64,000 bases of DNA, taken from NCBI GenBank assembly GCA_009103225.1, contig RHPI01001616.1:436731-500730 (forward strand), in the 5' to 3' direction. The position numbers and the translations under genes are program-made. Source of the stretch: Chlorokybus atmophyticus. Lineage: Eukaryota; Plantae; Mesostigma and Chlorokybus algae. How positions within the stretch are numbered: position 1 is the stretch's first letter; each line of letters begins with the position of its first letter. Shown here in pieces: positions 1-13,990 of the stretch. Under the pieces are notes generated by a model. It did no database searches. It was not told the origin of the DNA and saw only the letters and a program-made list of their open reading frames with translations.

Positions 1-179
1 TTTCATGCGCGACGAGTCAATGTCGGGCAATGGCCATAGCAACACATGATCTGCACATGCCGCAGCCCAAGACATTACAAGACTCGCATCCTCACATAAA
101 GCAAACAAACGCAACACATGGTACATCACCGTTGTACGGGGGCCTGAATGGAGCCAAAGGTCCTCTACTGCTGATCCCT

Positions 180-210
<31 letters not shown>

Positions 211-1563
211 CACTTCCGTTGTTCGAACTCTTACCCGACTCGCTCGCCTTCACAAACAAACTCTCGAGAGCCCTCCCAACATGAGTCACAGCCGCTGCCG
301 TTGATCACTCCCTTGTTCAGACTCTTGTACAAAAGTGACAGCCGCAACACGAGTGACCGCCGCTGCCTTTTGTCACTCCCTTGTTTAGACAATTGTACAT
401 GTTGTTGAAGGCGACCTCTCTGGTCTGCTCTTGTTGTCACACTTATCTTGGCTTGTTTTGACTTCCCCTCTCTTGTTGTTGTTGTACAGCGTTCCAGGAG
501 ACGGGAGTACCCATCGACTCTGAGCCTGTGACATTGACTCACAACTCTTAGTAGTGAGTCAATGGATGAGTGCATGGACAATGCATGAATGGACCAGTAA
601 ATAAGCAACGACATGATCAAGCCACTGTCGGCCATTGATTTGAATAGGTGAGGTATGATGCATCATCATTGCTTACGGAGTGAAGATACTGCCTTCGCAT
701 CAACAGCCTTCTCAATGGCTTGAATGAATTCCCACGCATGAACGCTCTGAGCTCCTCACTGCTTGCAGGCTTGCTTGACCCTCCGGCCCGATTGATGTCA
801 ACACGCGGCTTCTGCATCATTTTGGATACCATCCAACACAACTGCATCCAAATAGTTGGAGTATACACACGACCAAAGAAGAACAACGTCAAGTGTGTAA
901 AAGCCCGCACACAAGTTCGTAAGTACAGTAGGTTGAAGCGGGTTTGTGCGCTCGCGTGCGGCTGCGCGTGCATATGAGTACTGATAGGTCTGTAGGGGCA
1001 TGCGCTTGAAACAACCCAACACTCCCAACATGTTATCTCTTACCTTGAACGCGATGCCTTGGGCCGCGTGTGCCCGCTGTGCCCGCTCGTACACGTCCAG
1101 CATGTCCAGACCACACACGCGCTTGCCCTCGCCGTCGCCAAGTCCATGCTGTCACCTGAGGGTAATGGTAAAGTGTTGGAAAGAGTGAAGGGAGTGGCTG
1201 TTTGTGTGCATGTTGCATGTGTGCACAATTGGATAAGGGAGGGAGGCAGGGAGGGAGGCATGAGAGTGAAGATAAATCGGATCACCACATGAATGACTGC
1301 GTGAGAATGAGTAATGAGTGTGTGACTGGATGAGTGAGTCACTGTGGATGGATGGATGGATGGATGGACGAACAACTGGTAGATCAGTGAGTGAGCGGGT
1401 GTGTAAACAGACAAATAACACGTTGGATGAATGGTTCAATTGTCTGAGAGCATACATTGATTAAAACACTGCTTGGTTGCATGGATGACTGACGCATTGA
1501 CTCAATCACTGCCAACATTAGTCAGTATATACTATGGGCTTGAAGCCAATGCATCAAGCTCAC

Positions 1564-2281
1564 TGTCACTGATGGGGTCTTGTTCCTCTTGTTCATGTTC
1601 GTTCTCCTCCTCTTAACGCTCCTCCTCGTAGAGATCCGCGGACCCGTACATGTACTCCTCCTCTTGCTCAGCTCTCTATGAGACAAGCAGAACAAGCACG
1701 TTCATATCTCAGCGGAAAAGATTACAAGTTAGATCAGAGTGACTGATGAACAGAGTAGTGATGAACAATGATAGTGCATTGGAGTGTTCTCAGGTAGGTG
1801 TAGGCAAAAGGTAGTTGCAATGGCGTGCGTGCTTTTGCGCGCAGGCGTGTGTGCCTGTGCGTGCATGCGGTTGTGTGTGCTTGTGCTTGCGTATGTGTAT
1901 ATGCATGTGTGCATGTGCAGGCACTCGAGTCACCATACGAGGTCGGCGCAGATGTCGCAGCCGCCGTCGCACGATGGCCGACGAGGCCTGGACAATGACG
2001 GTGTTGTTGGGTGTAGTGGTAGTGGTGGGGTATGCTTACTGTTTCGTTGAAGCAGGAGAGAAGGTGGACTCGCCGGCACGTGTCCCGCATGCAGTACGCT
2101 GCCACCTGCATGCGCGTTCACTGCATCACACACAAGTACACGCACGCCGCGTGCGGCACGCCTACAAAAAGTATCAACAAACTTACATCGGCAAGCAGCA
2201 TACGTCTCCAAACTTGGCCAAAGCAGTGTTCTTCCCATCTCTCGGCCGAGCTGCTTGATGCAATCGGTAAGCCGATGCCGG
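1564..2281 (-). pseudogene. RecQ-like helicase remnant (RecQ Zn-binding region), disrupted
   Basis: Minus-strand exons 2281-2204, 2105-2040, 1987-1939 and 1675-~1564 have AG/GT ends. They encode ...KNTALAKFGD-VAAYCMRDTCRRVHLLSCFNET-ASSAI(+1 nt)CDGGCDICADL, matching the RecQ Zn-binding pattern (YC...CRR..LL..F.E...C...CD.C). There is a 1-nt insertion in the 49-nt exon and an in-frame TAA (1613-1615) inside the next acidic exon. No helicase core motifs were found nearby. Confidence 0.7.
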
Positions 2282-4277
2282 CTGTTTAGTACAAACAGAC
2301 ACACACCCACACACTCAATCCGGACACCACCTCGACAGTCACCTCCTCGCACATCTGTTGGACAACACTTTGTAGCGGATGTTGGAACGGTGTATGTTCA
2401 CTTAATGCGTGAGTGTGCGTTCATGCACATATGCGCACAGGCTTGTGCACGCATCCGATCCAATGAGATGGATTGATGGTAAGTAAGCTGAATGAGTGAC
2501 TGAGTTAGTGACTGAGTTAGGGAGTGAAAGAACCAGTGGAAGAGTGTTACACACCAGTATGATCAAAGTGCGCGTATGATCAAGTGCACAACTAACACTA
2601 ACACCACAACATAAACATTGTGTGAACATGCCACGACATTGAACAACAACGATTTGTTCAACTCACTTCCACGCGTGCGACAAACGTGAAGTAAAGAACA
2701 GTAAAACGCAAGCTACGACGCAGGTGCATGGTTTCAAGACACTGACTACCACACAAACACAAGACGACATGTACGACACAACACACCAACACGCACATAC
2801 CACACTATGCACTAACTCACATGCAAAAACATCGCATGAACACAACACAAGACACTTACAGTTTGCTCTTACTAATCTTACCCTTCACTGCTGTTGCCTG
2901 AAGCCAGGCCTTTGTGATGTTCAGTACTAACTATACGGTGGAAGAATCTTTTCTGTCAGCCATAGGGGAGGCCTGCCTGGAAAAAAAAGTGTTTGTGTGT
3001 GAGTCGCTTTATGAAATGATTTATGAAAACAATGACATCTTTGGTGTAAAGTGGGCATTTTGACTTTGATCCCATCGTTGAACTAACGGGTGGGTATTCT
3101 TGTATGTCAGTCGGTCAGTAGCGCAAAACGTTTTCTATTCCTTTTTCTTGTCGTGTCAAGCAGCTAGCTCCCTGCTCTACAAGTCAGTGTTGTACCAGAA
3201 GTTGTTTTGTAACACACAATAAAGTATGGACTTCAGATAGTAGTAGTGTTTTGTAGGCAAGTCAGAGGGCTACAGACATGAGCACAAGTGTGCCCGGACC
3301 ATGATGTAACTGTTCACACACAGCTTCACATACTACACGCATACCTATGAAAACACAAGTACAGACAAACGTCACGACTTTGTACGCGTGCTTACAACTT
3401 CCCTTGAAACTGTGTCAATACAGAGTTGCACACTTGTTTAGCAGCACGAAACGTACGACTGCGTGCACGCAGAGTTGAAAACAAAGCTGGAAACACTCTG
3501 CTTGCATCCAACAACGCTTGAACCAGTCAAACCGTAGTTTGCCAGCCATATTGTGAGGTACATCAACCTACAGCAAGCTTCAGACCCACAGTCTTCACTC
3601 ACAAGCTTCAACCTCCAGCACACCTCCTTCAAATTGCAGAAGCCAACAGCAAACCACTAAAGTCAAGCATTCATGTAGTTTTATTTATCAATTCAAGCCT
3701 TTGGAAGCTGAACAACCGACCCATTCCTAGACCAACACAACAAAGCAAGTCCCAACACGATGAATGCCATATGCATGCACCTGCTGCCAGTGAGCCCCCG
3801 CAAGTCGCTCAGCCGCCTCTCTCGCCTTGTCCCCGCCCCCACTCACCTCCACATACATACATTCTCCAGTAAACGCGCCCAGCCTCTTCGCCTCCTCCTC
3901 CACACCACCGCCGCCGCCGCCGCTGCATGCCCTGCCGCTATGCATGCATGCATGCATGTAACGCTTGCTTAGACAAGGGACTGCACGCCCAAACAGAAGG
4001 CTTTGTGAAACAAGGCTTGTGTCATTCAAGCTGTGTGTGACATGGCAGAGAGAGCTACCAGTCGCACAGCCTGAGCGGTTGAGGTTGTTGTTGCGATGGA
4101 CAGCGCCCGTCGGCAAGACGGGGTTCTGGGCTGGCCTGGAACATCCTCTTCAACACGACGTCTTCAGAACCTGAGGCAGCAGCGGCAGCACAGCACCGCT
4201 TCCAGTCGTTACCATCATGCAGCCAGCTGGCTGTAGACAGCAGGAGCACCAACTCTGCGAAGAAAGCTGCCCTGCAC

Positions 4278-4286
4278 AGAGAGAGA

Positions 4287-4357
<71 letters not shown>

Positions 4358-4521
4358 NNNNNNNNNNNNNNNNNNNNNNNNNNNNNNNNNNNNNNNNNNN
4401 NNNNNNNNNNNNNNNNNNNNNNNNNNNNNNNNNNNNNNNNNNNNNNNNNNNNNNNNNNNNNNNNNNNNNNNNNNNNNNNNNNNNNNNNNNNNNNNNNNNN
4501 NNNNNNNNNNNNNNNNNNNNN

Positions 4522-4581
<60 letters not shown>
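4278..4581. repeat. (GA)n microsatellite flanking an assembly gap (N 4358-4521)
   Basis: Pure GA runs lie on both sides of the N block. Confidence 0.95.
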
Positions 4582-4583
<2 letters not shown>

Positions 4584-7369
4584 GCGCCGCCTAGCTGCCA
4601 GGGCTGGGCATGGACAAGCAAGTTACTCAGCAAGGGGCTTCAAGTTGCAATGCTTGCCTCAATCAACACGACACTCGATTGCGCTAGTGGTTTCCACAAA
4701 GAACGCATTGTTGACCAGTTGACAGTGCTGAAACTGCGTCTGGTGGGGTGGGTTGGCAGCTGTATGACAGCAGGTTTGTGCATGTTGTCTTAGGTGTGCA
4801 ACTCTGTATTAGCACAGTTTCAAGGGAAGTTGTAAGCAAGCAGACCATTTTCGTGACATGTCTTCAAAGACATGAGAGTTAAGCATATGCACTTGCGTGC
4901 TATGCCTGGCGCATAAGAGTGTGAGCATTTGCGTGTACGTGTCAGTGCATGCATGTGTACGTGCATGCGCGTGTCTCTCAACACATCCACTCTCCAGCTG
5001 TCCAAGTCGCCCCGCATACGTCCGCCATCTCCACCATCTCAAAGGCACCGCGCGTCTTGTCTCTGCGCTCTCTTCTGCTTCTTAAGATAATTGCTTCTTG
5101 GACGCCGTCGCCAGCTGCATCGCCAACGGCAGCGGGCCGTGTGCTGCACGACCCAACTTACAGGTGCATTATATGGTTAATGTAAGCACAAACACACGCA
5201 CACGCACACACACGCACGTGTGCACACATGCACACAAGCACAAGCGCGTGCGCACTCTCATTGAATGTGATGCCTTGCAAATGCTGTGCAAGAACACACG
5301 TGTATGCAGGCACGTAGGCATGCGCATGCAAGGTTGCACATCACTACATATACGTGCTTATTTGTGTGGGGTACAACTTTTGATAAGTGTACTGTAGCCC
5401 CCATGACACGCCTACAAACACTGCCTCCTAAAGTCTGTGTATCTCACTCTGCGGGAGCTGAGCTTCGATGAAGCAGGCTTAGGCTGGAGAGTCTGGTACA
5501 GATGTGTTTGTATGCGAAGCAATCCGTGTCGCGCACACATGCACACGAAGCGCTCTGTCACACCCACACCCACACCCATACCTACCCCTGTGGATACACA
5601 GATGCACGCGCACATGCACGCACGCATTGCGTAGGGGCGAGAGAGGGTGGGGAGGGTTTCGTGTTGGAGTCCGTGTGGTTGTTGTTGTTGGTGGTGGTGG
5701 TGGTGGTGGTGGTGGCGGTGGCGGTGGCGTTGTGCTGCTCATTCATTCATTTGTCCCTCGTGCTGCACAAGCTTATGTGCAACAGTGTAGCTTGCATGCA
5801 TACACCACAATATCAACCTGCATGTGGGAAAGAAACCACCCACGTGCAGGTTGATATTGCGGTGTACACATGTCCTGTCCCTCTCACACGTACGTCCCAT
5901 CTTGCAGGTTGTTTTCACCAATGTTGTGACAGAGAGCAATCTTTGCTGAAGGAGGTGAGTCATGTCGTTCGTGTTTTGTCCTGCTGATTTCAGTTGGTGC
6001 ATGGAGGTTGACACTTGCCACATCAGTACAAGTCTGTCTTGTTGTTCATTGCACGCACATGCGCGTGCAAACATACACGCAGACGCGCGCATGCACACAT
6101 ACACACGCAGAGCTTGCGCGCACACACGAGTACACACAGCTCATTGCCAATATCAGGGATGCTGTCTGACGTTATGCATTGTGTTATGCAGGGTGTCCAG
6201 AAGAAGCAACATCAACAAGTAACGGCCATGGAGGTAGTAAATTTGATGCGCTGGCCAATGATGAAACGTTGGATGTGGTTAACGGCAGCAATCCGCTTTA
6301 TATCGACAGCCACGCGGCATTGCTACCGGTAAAGTGTGTGCTGTAGGCCATGTTGGAAACTGTGCGTGCGTGCGCGCGCGCACGCATGCATTTGGTGCAC
6401 GCACATGCACACATTGCCTCAGCTGCAAGTCAAGCATCTCTTGTTGCTGACGTGTCAAAGATGTCGTATCATTGAATACCACCATCTGCACGCTGTTTAT
6501 AGTGAGGAGACTGTCATCATCCACCGATGCCAGCTGTTACCAAGTTCTTGCAATCCGATTCAACGACTTACGAGACCGCTTCCTCGCCAACTTGTGAGCC
6601 TCGGGCCCGACTATTGTCAGCATGAAACAGCACACGCCACCAACACTTGACAGTGAAGACAACAAAAAAGCGTCAACGACAACAACAACAACAGCAGCAG
6701 CAGCAGCACTGTTGGGTCTGTGTTCGGTATGTACACAGTAAAGAGGATGACCTAGTTGTGGTTTTGTCATTGCATGAAGTGGAGTCCAGCGTGCCCACTC
6801 TATGTATGACTGTTGTATGCTGTGCTGTAGTTAGCGTTTGGCAAGCCTTTGTCCAGCCACTGCCATGTGCAGTAGGATTTGAACACATTGCGCATCTGAC
6901 TCATTGTACTACTTGCGTGAGGTGTTGGTTATATAATTTGTTGAGTAAGGTGGTGAGGAGCTATGTTCTTGCGCTGAGCTGTGCCCCAGCCAAAATTGTG
7001 AACGTTGTGCCCGTGTTCTGACTTGCTTGTGTGCCTGACTGCTTATTGAGTAGTAGCTAGAACTTGCATACTGAGACACTGCTACCTTTGGGACAAGACC
7101 CAGACATAGCTTGTGCAAAGACCTGCAAAGACGTTTTTATGATACAGTATGTAAACGGCAACTCAGCGAAGTTGTCTGCGTTACCTAGAGGTTCGCCGTC
7201 ACACCAAGGCAAGTCTAGTGCATTACAACAACAACAGCAACAAAGTGTGCAACTGCAATCAAGTGAAATCAACTACAGTCGTTTAACAGACTTGCCCTTG
7301 TCGGTAGCGTTGTCTTGCAAGCGCTGCGATTCAGCAACCTTTGCCATGTGCGCGTTGGCCCACCTCACC

Positions 7370-9160
7370 ATCTCCGGAGTCTTGAACACACGGATGCATG
7401 CATTCAATATGGAATGGTCTATCACCTGTCATGAATAACAGTTTTGGCATGGCAGAACACTTGATCAAGAAGCATGCAACCAAGAGTCCAAGCCCACCAT
7501 ATCAATACCCGCCGGCCATCTGGACATGTAGACACCATGTCCACCCAATCCGCATCCCATGCCACGTCTCGTTTGGTCACAAGATACTCTTGCCAATGAA
7601 AGATTTGCTGCATGGACGTCTTCGCTACGCACATGATGGTGAGGAAGAAGGCAGCATCCTGTTCATTCAACATCCAGATCGAAACTCTGTGTAGTGGACT
7701 GGTCTGATCACGTGCTGCACCACCATACCATACCGCAGGAAAGGAATGTTCGAGCGCACCTGTCATGCACGCACAGTGATACCATATGGTGAGTATACAA
7801 TGTGGGTATTGCTGAATGAATCACACAAGTGACCTACCAGTTGAAGTGGCTGTATGTCCACAATCAAGCCGCCATCTCTTGTCTTGAGGAACCTCCAACA
7901 CGTGAGGGATACACGCACATCAATCAGCTCGTTCGGCATCGGGCCCGTAAGCACCAAACGTGCAGATAATGCCCTGCCACATGATGGTTATATGATGCAT
8001 GTTGTGTGCAAGAGCACATGCAAAGGAACTTCTTGATGATGATGATAGTGACAACACGCTTCACACCGAAAGTAACAATGAGCATTGAATGCTTGAACTG
8101 CTTGCCTCTGCCGACCACCATTTGGGACAATCAACCTCAGCCTGAGTGCCCAACAGCTCTTCCTCGTCGTTGATGATAGCATAGCGGGCACACTTGATTG
8201 GCTGCGTTGGCTGAGACAATCTGGAAAACACTGAATGACAACACATCAGATGACTACACTCGCAAGCCATGTCATGCATGTTCACTCGACTTAAGCCAAT
8301 ATACCTGCAACACTGAGGAACACGATCGTGAGCAATGCCATGAGCATGTTGAGGGTGCTTAGGATCAGCGTGTATCTGGAGAAGGGATTAATTGGGGGCC
8401 GCGAAAAGATGTAAAGAGTGAGAGACTGTACAAGGCTGTGTGGAACAGTTTGGATGCGAAGCTTGAGCCAATGTCTCCTTCAAACTTGAACCCGTTCACG
8501 TCGAGCCAGTACAGCGGCGTGAAGAGAAGGCCGAAAGCCGCGGGTACCAAAAACATGGCCTTGATGAACTCATGCGCAGGTCGCTTCAGCATGATAATGT
8601 AGAAGTAGTTGATGGCTGCGCATATGGATACGTGCTGCTCGATTACAAAATTGTCCAACACATCTCTGCCCTGAAAACATACATGACACGTGTCAACACA
8701 CGATCACAACTTGCATGCAACCTGCGTGAGAACATGTCAGAATACCACCTATGTTGCTTTGTCTAATCTCATTGTTGGTGTTGCCGTGGCTGTTGCTGCA
8801 GGCTTTGCTGCCTGTGCATAAACCTCAAGCTGAGCTGTAGACACAACCGCTGCTGCTGCTGACGTTAAAGGCTGCTCGCAACGCTGCTCTCTCATCTTAG
8901 GCAGGGGTGCATGTGTTGCTGTCTCTGTTATTACTGTTGTTGTTGCTGCTTTTGTTGTTGCTATGTCGCTACGCGTGAGCAACCTCTGAAACTGTCGGCC
9001 TCGTCTGTCATTGTCGACTTGCTAGCCATGCTTGGATGATGCATCCGAAGCGGCTTCGTCTTACTGCGCATCGACTTGCTGCGACACTTGCTTACAACGG
9101 CTTCACGCCAAGCCAGAGCTTCCTCATGACTACCCCCACCCATAACGCCAGCTGTAAGCA
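7370..9160 (-). CDS. Putative multi-exon gene of unknown function (partial model)
   Basis: Several non-repetitive, protein-like minus-strand segments, some with plausible splice sites: ~8661-8365 (hydrophobic, LVPAAFGLLFTPLYWLDVNGFKFEGD), ~8220-8110 (RYAIINDEEELLGTQAEVDCPKWW), ~7960-7840 (LTGPMPNELIDVRVSLTCWRFLK) and ~7690-7510 (IFHWQEYLVTKRDVAWDADWVD). No family recognised and exon joins not verified. Confidence 0.35.
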
Positions 9161-10879
9161 AATACCAATACTTCTTTCCGTATCAACAACCTGTCTGCAT
9201 ACACACAAAGAGACGTTAGGCTTGTCTCAATAAACATACGCACCTTCATCTCGGCATGCTGGCCACATGCACTATAGCAGATGTCACGACTGACAAGCAC
9301 TGTCAGTAATGCATTGTGAATGACACATGCATGCTAGCCTTCCATCAACGGACAGTTTCAGGCCAGCTCTCCTTAGCAGTTACACATGCAGGAGCCGTGA
9401 AAGCTTACAACAAACTGTTTTTCACAGCTTGAGTGACGTGACTACTTGGGGCTGGTCTGCACATTATAAGGATGGAGTATAGCGCACAGTCTTCTAGAGG
9501 TTCAGGCAGGCAGACATAATGCCTGAGAGTCATCATGCTTACCTTCAACTTTTCAGCTCAACAATGCATGCATGTTGTGATAGGCAAATTATAAGTAAGC
9601 ATGAAGCAAGTGCTATTTGATAGGCATTTGCAATGACACGACAGCAACGCTGAATCAGTTTGAGTTGACCAAGCAATTGCTTTAAGCGTCTGCTTAACAC
9701 ACAAACGGTTGCATGAACCAGCAGCCATTTCTGTGACTGCAGCATGTGCGCTTGCTTCTAAGTTGCATGCTCACAGCTGCGAGTGCTTTCCAATGCTACT
9801 GCGCCATACGCTACCAAACAGCAAACAGAACAACCATGAAACTCAAGTGTTCATGTCTTCCACTCAATGGCGGTTTAGTAAACCCAACGTGCAAGCATGC
9901 AAGTGTTCACGATTGGTAAGCCCAACGTACAAGCAGGCAACTCGCAGTAGACCACCAGTCGACAACAACCGCACCTTCTTACTAGCTTGCTTGTGTCTTC
10001 AGCTCAGAGACCAGAGCGTTTCCACCCACAGCTGTTTGCCACACAATTCTGTTCACTCAGCCAGCTCCAACCAACTGCCCCGCCGCCAACCCCGCGATCA
10101 ATGAATAAGCTATACCTAGTGCTCCTGCTGTCCTAGTCTGCCTCAACCGTCTCTCGTCCGTCTTGTTGTCCTCCCCGTCGCCGCCGCCGCCAAGGGCGGA
10201 CTTTCACTGACTACACCAGCGTTCGCCTAGTGCCACCTTCTGTCATTCATATACGTTAATGGACTATTCTGGTACACTCCATAAATCCACGTCACGTGAG
10301 CCAATTGTTGTTGCATTATTTACTGACTTTGATGATCTGTAGGTGTTGAGTTTCTGCATGGATGTATACCAGGCTGCAATATGCAGCCTGAGTATAGATA
10401 AGGCACATGCGCACTGACCTTGATAGGTGCACGTGAGCATTGCTACATGCATAATAATGCTGAGTATTGGTATTTGCATGATGCATGCATTTGTGGTTGT
10501 TGTCATCATGGATTGATGAATGGCAATTCTTGCGATACGGCTTTTATTTGTAACAATTTGCAACCACGTAAAATTAATCATTTACACACATATATGCATA
10601 TCGTGCAATCAAATTAAGTACACAATCGATCAGTGCAGTTCTGCAATCTGTGCATGATCTGCTCGTCAGCAGCGCCTTCAGGGTCCACACATATGCATTA
10701 AACGAACATGCAAAAACTTTATTTAAAGAGTGCATTTGACACGATGCTTTAAATCCAGTGTGTTTATGCATTTCGAGGTGGGTTGTTTTTCGCTGACATG
10801 TGGATTACGGTGTACGTGTATTGCAATACAAAGTGCAGTCCTAACCCAGTAAGTGGTCGCCAACGCCACCTCTTGGTCC

Positions 10880-11143
10880 CATGCCATTAAACCACTGGCT
10901 ACAGGCCAGACGCGAGAACAACTGGAGGCTCTCCTCAACAAGTGGAGAAGTCAGTTTAGTTTCAGCGTAAGGGAAGGTTTGCCGGGTGTTTGCTCGATTT
11001 ACGAGATGGACATCGAGTTGGTGGACACCGAACCGGTGTTTCGACGACAGTACTGACTCTCCAAGTTGGAAGAAGACTTGATGGAGCAGAGGTGCAAGGC
11101 TCTGCTAACCACTAACCAAGTTGAGGCTGAGGTGCCTCGTTAA
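10880..11143 (+). mobile_element. Degenerate Ty3/Gypsy pol fragment (region just N-terminal to the RT core)
   Basis: Translates as REQLEALLNKWRSQF...YEMDIELVDTEPVFRRQY*LSKLEEDLMEQRCKALL, resembling the Gypsy 'I.L.D..PV..R.YRLS..E' segment. The TGA at 11054-11056 stands where Arg is expected, consistent with CGA>TGA. Confidence 0.7.
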
Positions 11144-11609
11144 GTCCATACTATGCATTTATGATGCAGATCATATGCCCCCCGCTTAATCTATCACTGC
11201 CTGCTTATTTGCTGCTTGTAACTTGTGCCATGCAATAATGTGCACCACATCTAGCCCCTTCCACTTGAGCATGCTTTCAAGCAACTCCATTGATATCTTA
11301 CATGCAGCTAAATGCATATTACTTGCCATGTAATATGCATCTAGCTGAAGAATTTTGCAGTGCACTTAAGAAGCTACAAATAAATGTTCATTCATGATGG
11401 TATGCATGTATTTGGGTTGAACTGTACTACAATTCGGTATACGGGTCAGATAATCTACATCATGTTGCCCACACTCAACGTTGGTGTCCACATTTTACTA
11501 TCTATATCGTTGCGTGCCTGCTCCTTCAGAAGCAGAACATGCTAGCCCATGTTGCAGGTTACTGTTCTCAATGCTGCAAGTCCAGCCTATGATGCAATAT
11601 GAATCAACG

Positions 11610-11926
11610 TTTGGAATGGTTGCTAGTAGATGATTTATGATTTCAAAATAATGGCTATAAACTGCGATAGCAGGCATACATCTCTTGTCAAGTTCCCCAA
11701 CGTATAAACTTATATGAATATTATTTTAGTGTGTTGTTATATGTGATGCCTAACATATGCGTTCGACGCTCGAAATGGTTGCTTGTAGACATTTTATAAA
11801 ATTGAAATTATATCTATAAATTGCGGTAGCAGGCATACATCTCATGTCAAGTTAACTAACATATAAATCTTATGTATATATGAATATTATTTTAGTGTGT
11901 TGTTATACGTGATGGCTAACATATGC
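11610..11926. repeat. Imperfect tandem duplication (~160 bp unit) in an AT-rich island
   Basis: 11655-11760 and 11814-11926 share ctataa..gcg.tagcaggcatacatctc.tgtcaagtt and atatgaatattattttagtgtgttgttata.gtgatg.ctaacatatgc. Confidence 0.85.
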
Positions 11927-13990
11927 AGTAGCAGCTATGTCCACCTAATGTATAATAACTTGTACGCACACGCTATCAGCCTATCTATCATTGCAAATGA
12001 TTTGACACAAGATGGCCAATGCTGCAGTGGCCGCGGTGTGTTGAGCATGCAAAGCATTTTCATGTGTTGTGGCTGCATACGTATGACAGTGACACCACAA
12101 GTACACCACCTTCTCTGTGCTTGTAATAACATTATGGCGTCAACCATTGTGTGGCATTAAGCATTTGATGTGCAATTTAGTGATTATAGATCCAAAAACA
12201 CACACGACATATATCTTATCAGTGGTATCTTGAAATCATCTAATGACACCGGTGATATTATCCATCGAAGGCATGGTGTGTAACATTGACAAACACCGAT
12301 AAATTAAATTTCGATAATTGCGTGTTAGACACATGCTGACTTTTATAGCATACATAGCATAACGGTAGGCCTATTCATGGTAGGTCCTACCAGCTATTCA
12401 TAGAATATGGCAGGCTACCATATTATGCTATTGGTACTACACTCCGGCCTCGTTGTAATCACAATTGTTTTAAGCACGACTTCGGAAACCAACGTGCACC
12501 AGGCAAATTACTCCCGTATCCAACCACTATCGCACTCGATGTAAGCACCCTTAAGCACCCTTCATAAGTGCCTTCTGTGTTTGAAAAGACGGTATTAAAG
12601 GTAAAATGCATAAATTGTACGTGTATTGTATACACACATTGGTATATACACATGTGTATAATATATAAAACTATGTGCACGAACATGCATGTACAAACAC
12701 GTACATTCTCATGTATACATACCCATATACGCATCTATACATGTACATGTATAGATACGTTGAATATATGTACATGATGTAAAGTCTATATACATATGTA
12801 ACATCTATTATACATTTATGTCCGTATTTACACACATATGTCCATATGAGTGTAATCCGACACATGTGTCTTTGTATGCAATTGAATATACATGCATATA
12901 TGTGTATGCATTATATATATATATGTGTGTACATGCTTGGCTGTGCATTGTCGCATGTTTGGAAAGCCTATACATAAATTTATGTGTGCAGCAATTCCCT
13001 CAATCTGAGCACAAAGTGTGCTTAAAACGAGGTAAACTTGTAGTAGTCACAATGTGCTTACTTCAAGAGGTGTCACACCTCGCCTGTAAGTTCAAAAGGA
13101 TGGGCAACCAACCATTTGCTTAGATCGAGGGCAAACTGTACCAATAGTATATGGGCTGCGAGTTTGGTCAGTGTGGTAGCCCTTTCTCCGTCATCATGTT
13201 GCCCGGGGCTTCTACTGCCGGTCCGACTCTCGGACAGTCGAGCGAGCACAGCCCTCCACTCTTCGCGTTCCATTGCTTGATTCACGCGCTCACACAAGCT
13301 TACAGAAAAAGCCGACAAACACATGCACATAGCTTGTTCGGTGAAGATTCGGCCTCTGGTGAGCCGACGGCGGCGGGAAGGACGAGGAGGACGAGGAGGA
13401 GGAGGAAGACGAGGAGGAGGAGGAAACCAGCGAGGTAGAGTAGTCAGATCAGGACGGGCAGGAGGATTGGTGAGTCGCCTCAGTCGGTTGCGTGGTTGGA
13501 GGTAGTTGGAGTTGGAGGAGCTCAGAGTGGGAGGCCAATTGCGCAGCCTGATCATCAGGCGGTGAAGCCACAGCTTGATTAAGCTGCTTGCTGAGAACAC
13601 GTCAGAGATAGAGCGAGATTTGCCAGACTGATTTGCCTGAACGGTGCGTAGCCCTGCCGTTTTCAATCAGTCGCTTTGCGGCGACGACATGCACTTGAAG
13701 TTTCAGCACTGGATTGCACAATTTAGCAACTGTTTTCAGTTGATTATTGCCTTGCTCAGCTGTTCCAACACAAGGGCTGATAGTTATGCGTCGTGCTTTG
13801 GTTGTTGGCTGTTACAGTGTGCTCAATGCATGATGGGACTGTAAGTATGTTTGTATTTGATTCTGCGTTGCTCATGATGTTGTTTTATGTTTCTGCAGCG
13901 CCGGTATGCTCTCCGTGCTACGATGAGCTACAGTAATACAGCAGAGAAGTGCTTCAAGCAGCAGTTTTGCTGAGAGACAATCCAGTTACA

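Noticed and set aside
1939-2105. Cys cluster first read as a KDZ/CxC transposase motif
   Set aside because: The spacing YC....CRR..LL..F.E...C...CD.C fits the RecQ Zn-binding domain better.
2343-2400. HRSNIRYKV resembling the RecQ 'RPNL.Y.V' motif
   Set aside because: Its splice phase does not join the next exon, and the helicase-C domain that should follow is absent. It may be coincidence or a deletion remnant.
11054-11056. In-frame TGA in the Gypsy fragment as possible Sec
   Set aside because: It replaces a conserved Arg (CGA>TGA decay), is not in a redox motif and has no associated SECIS.
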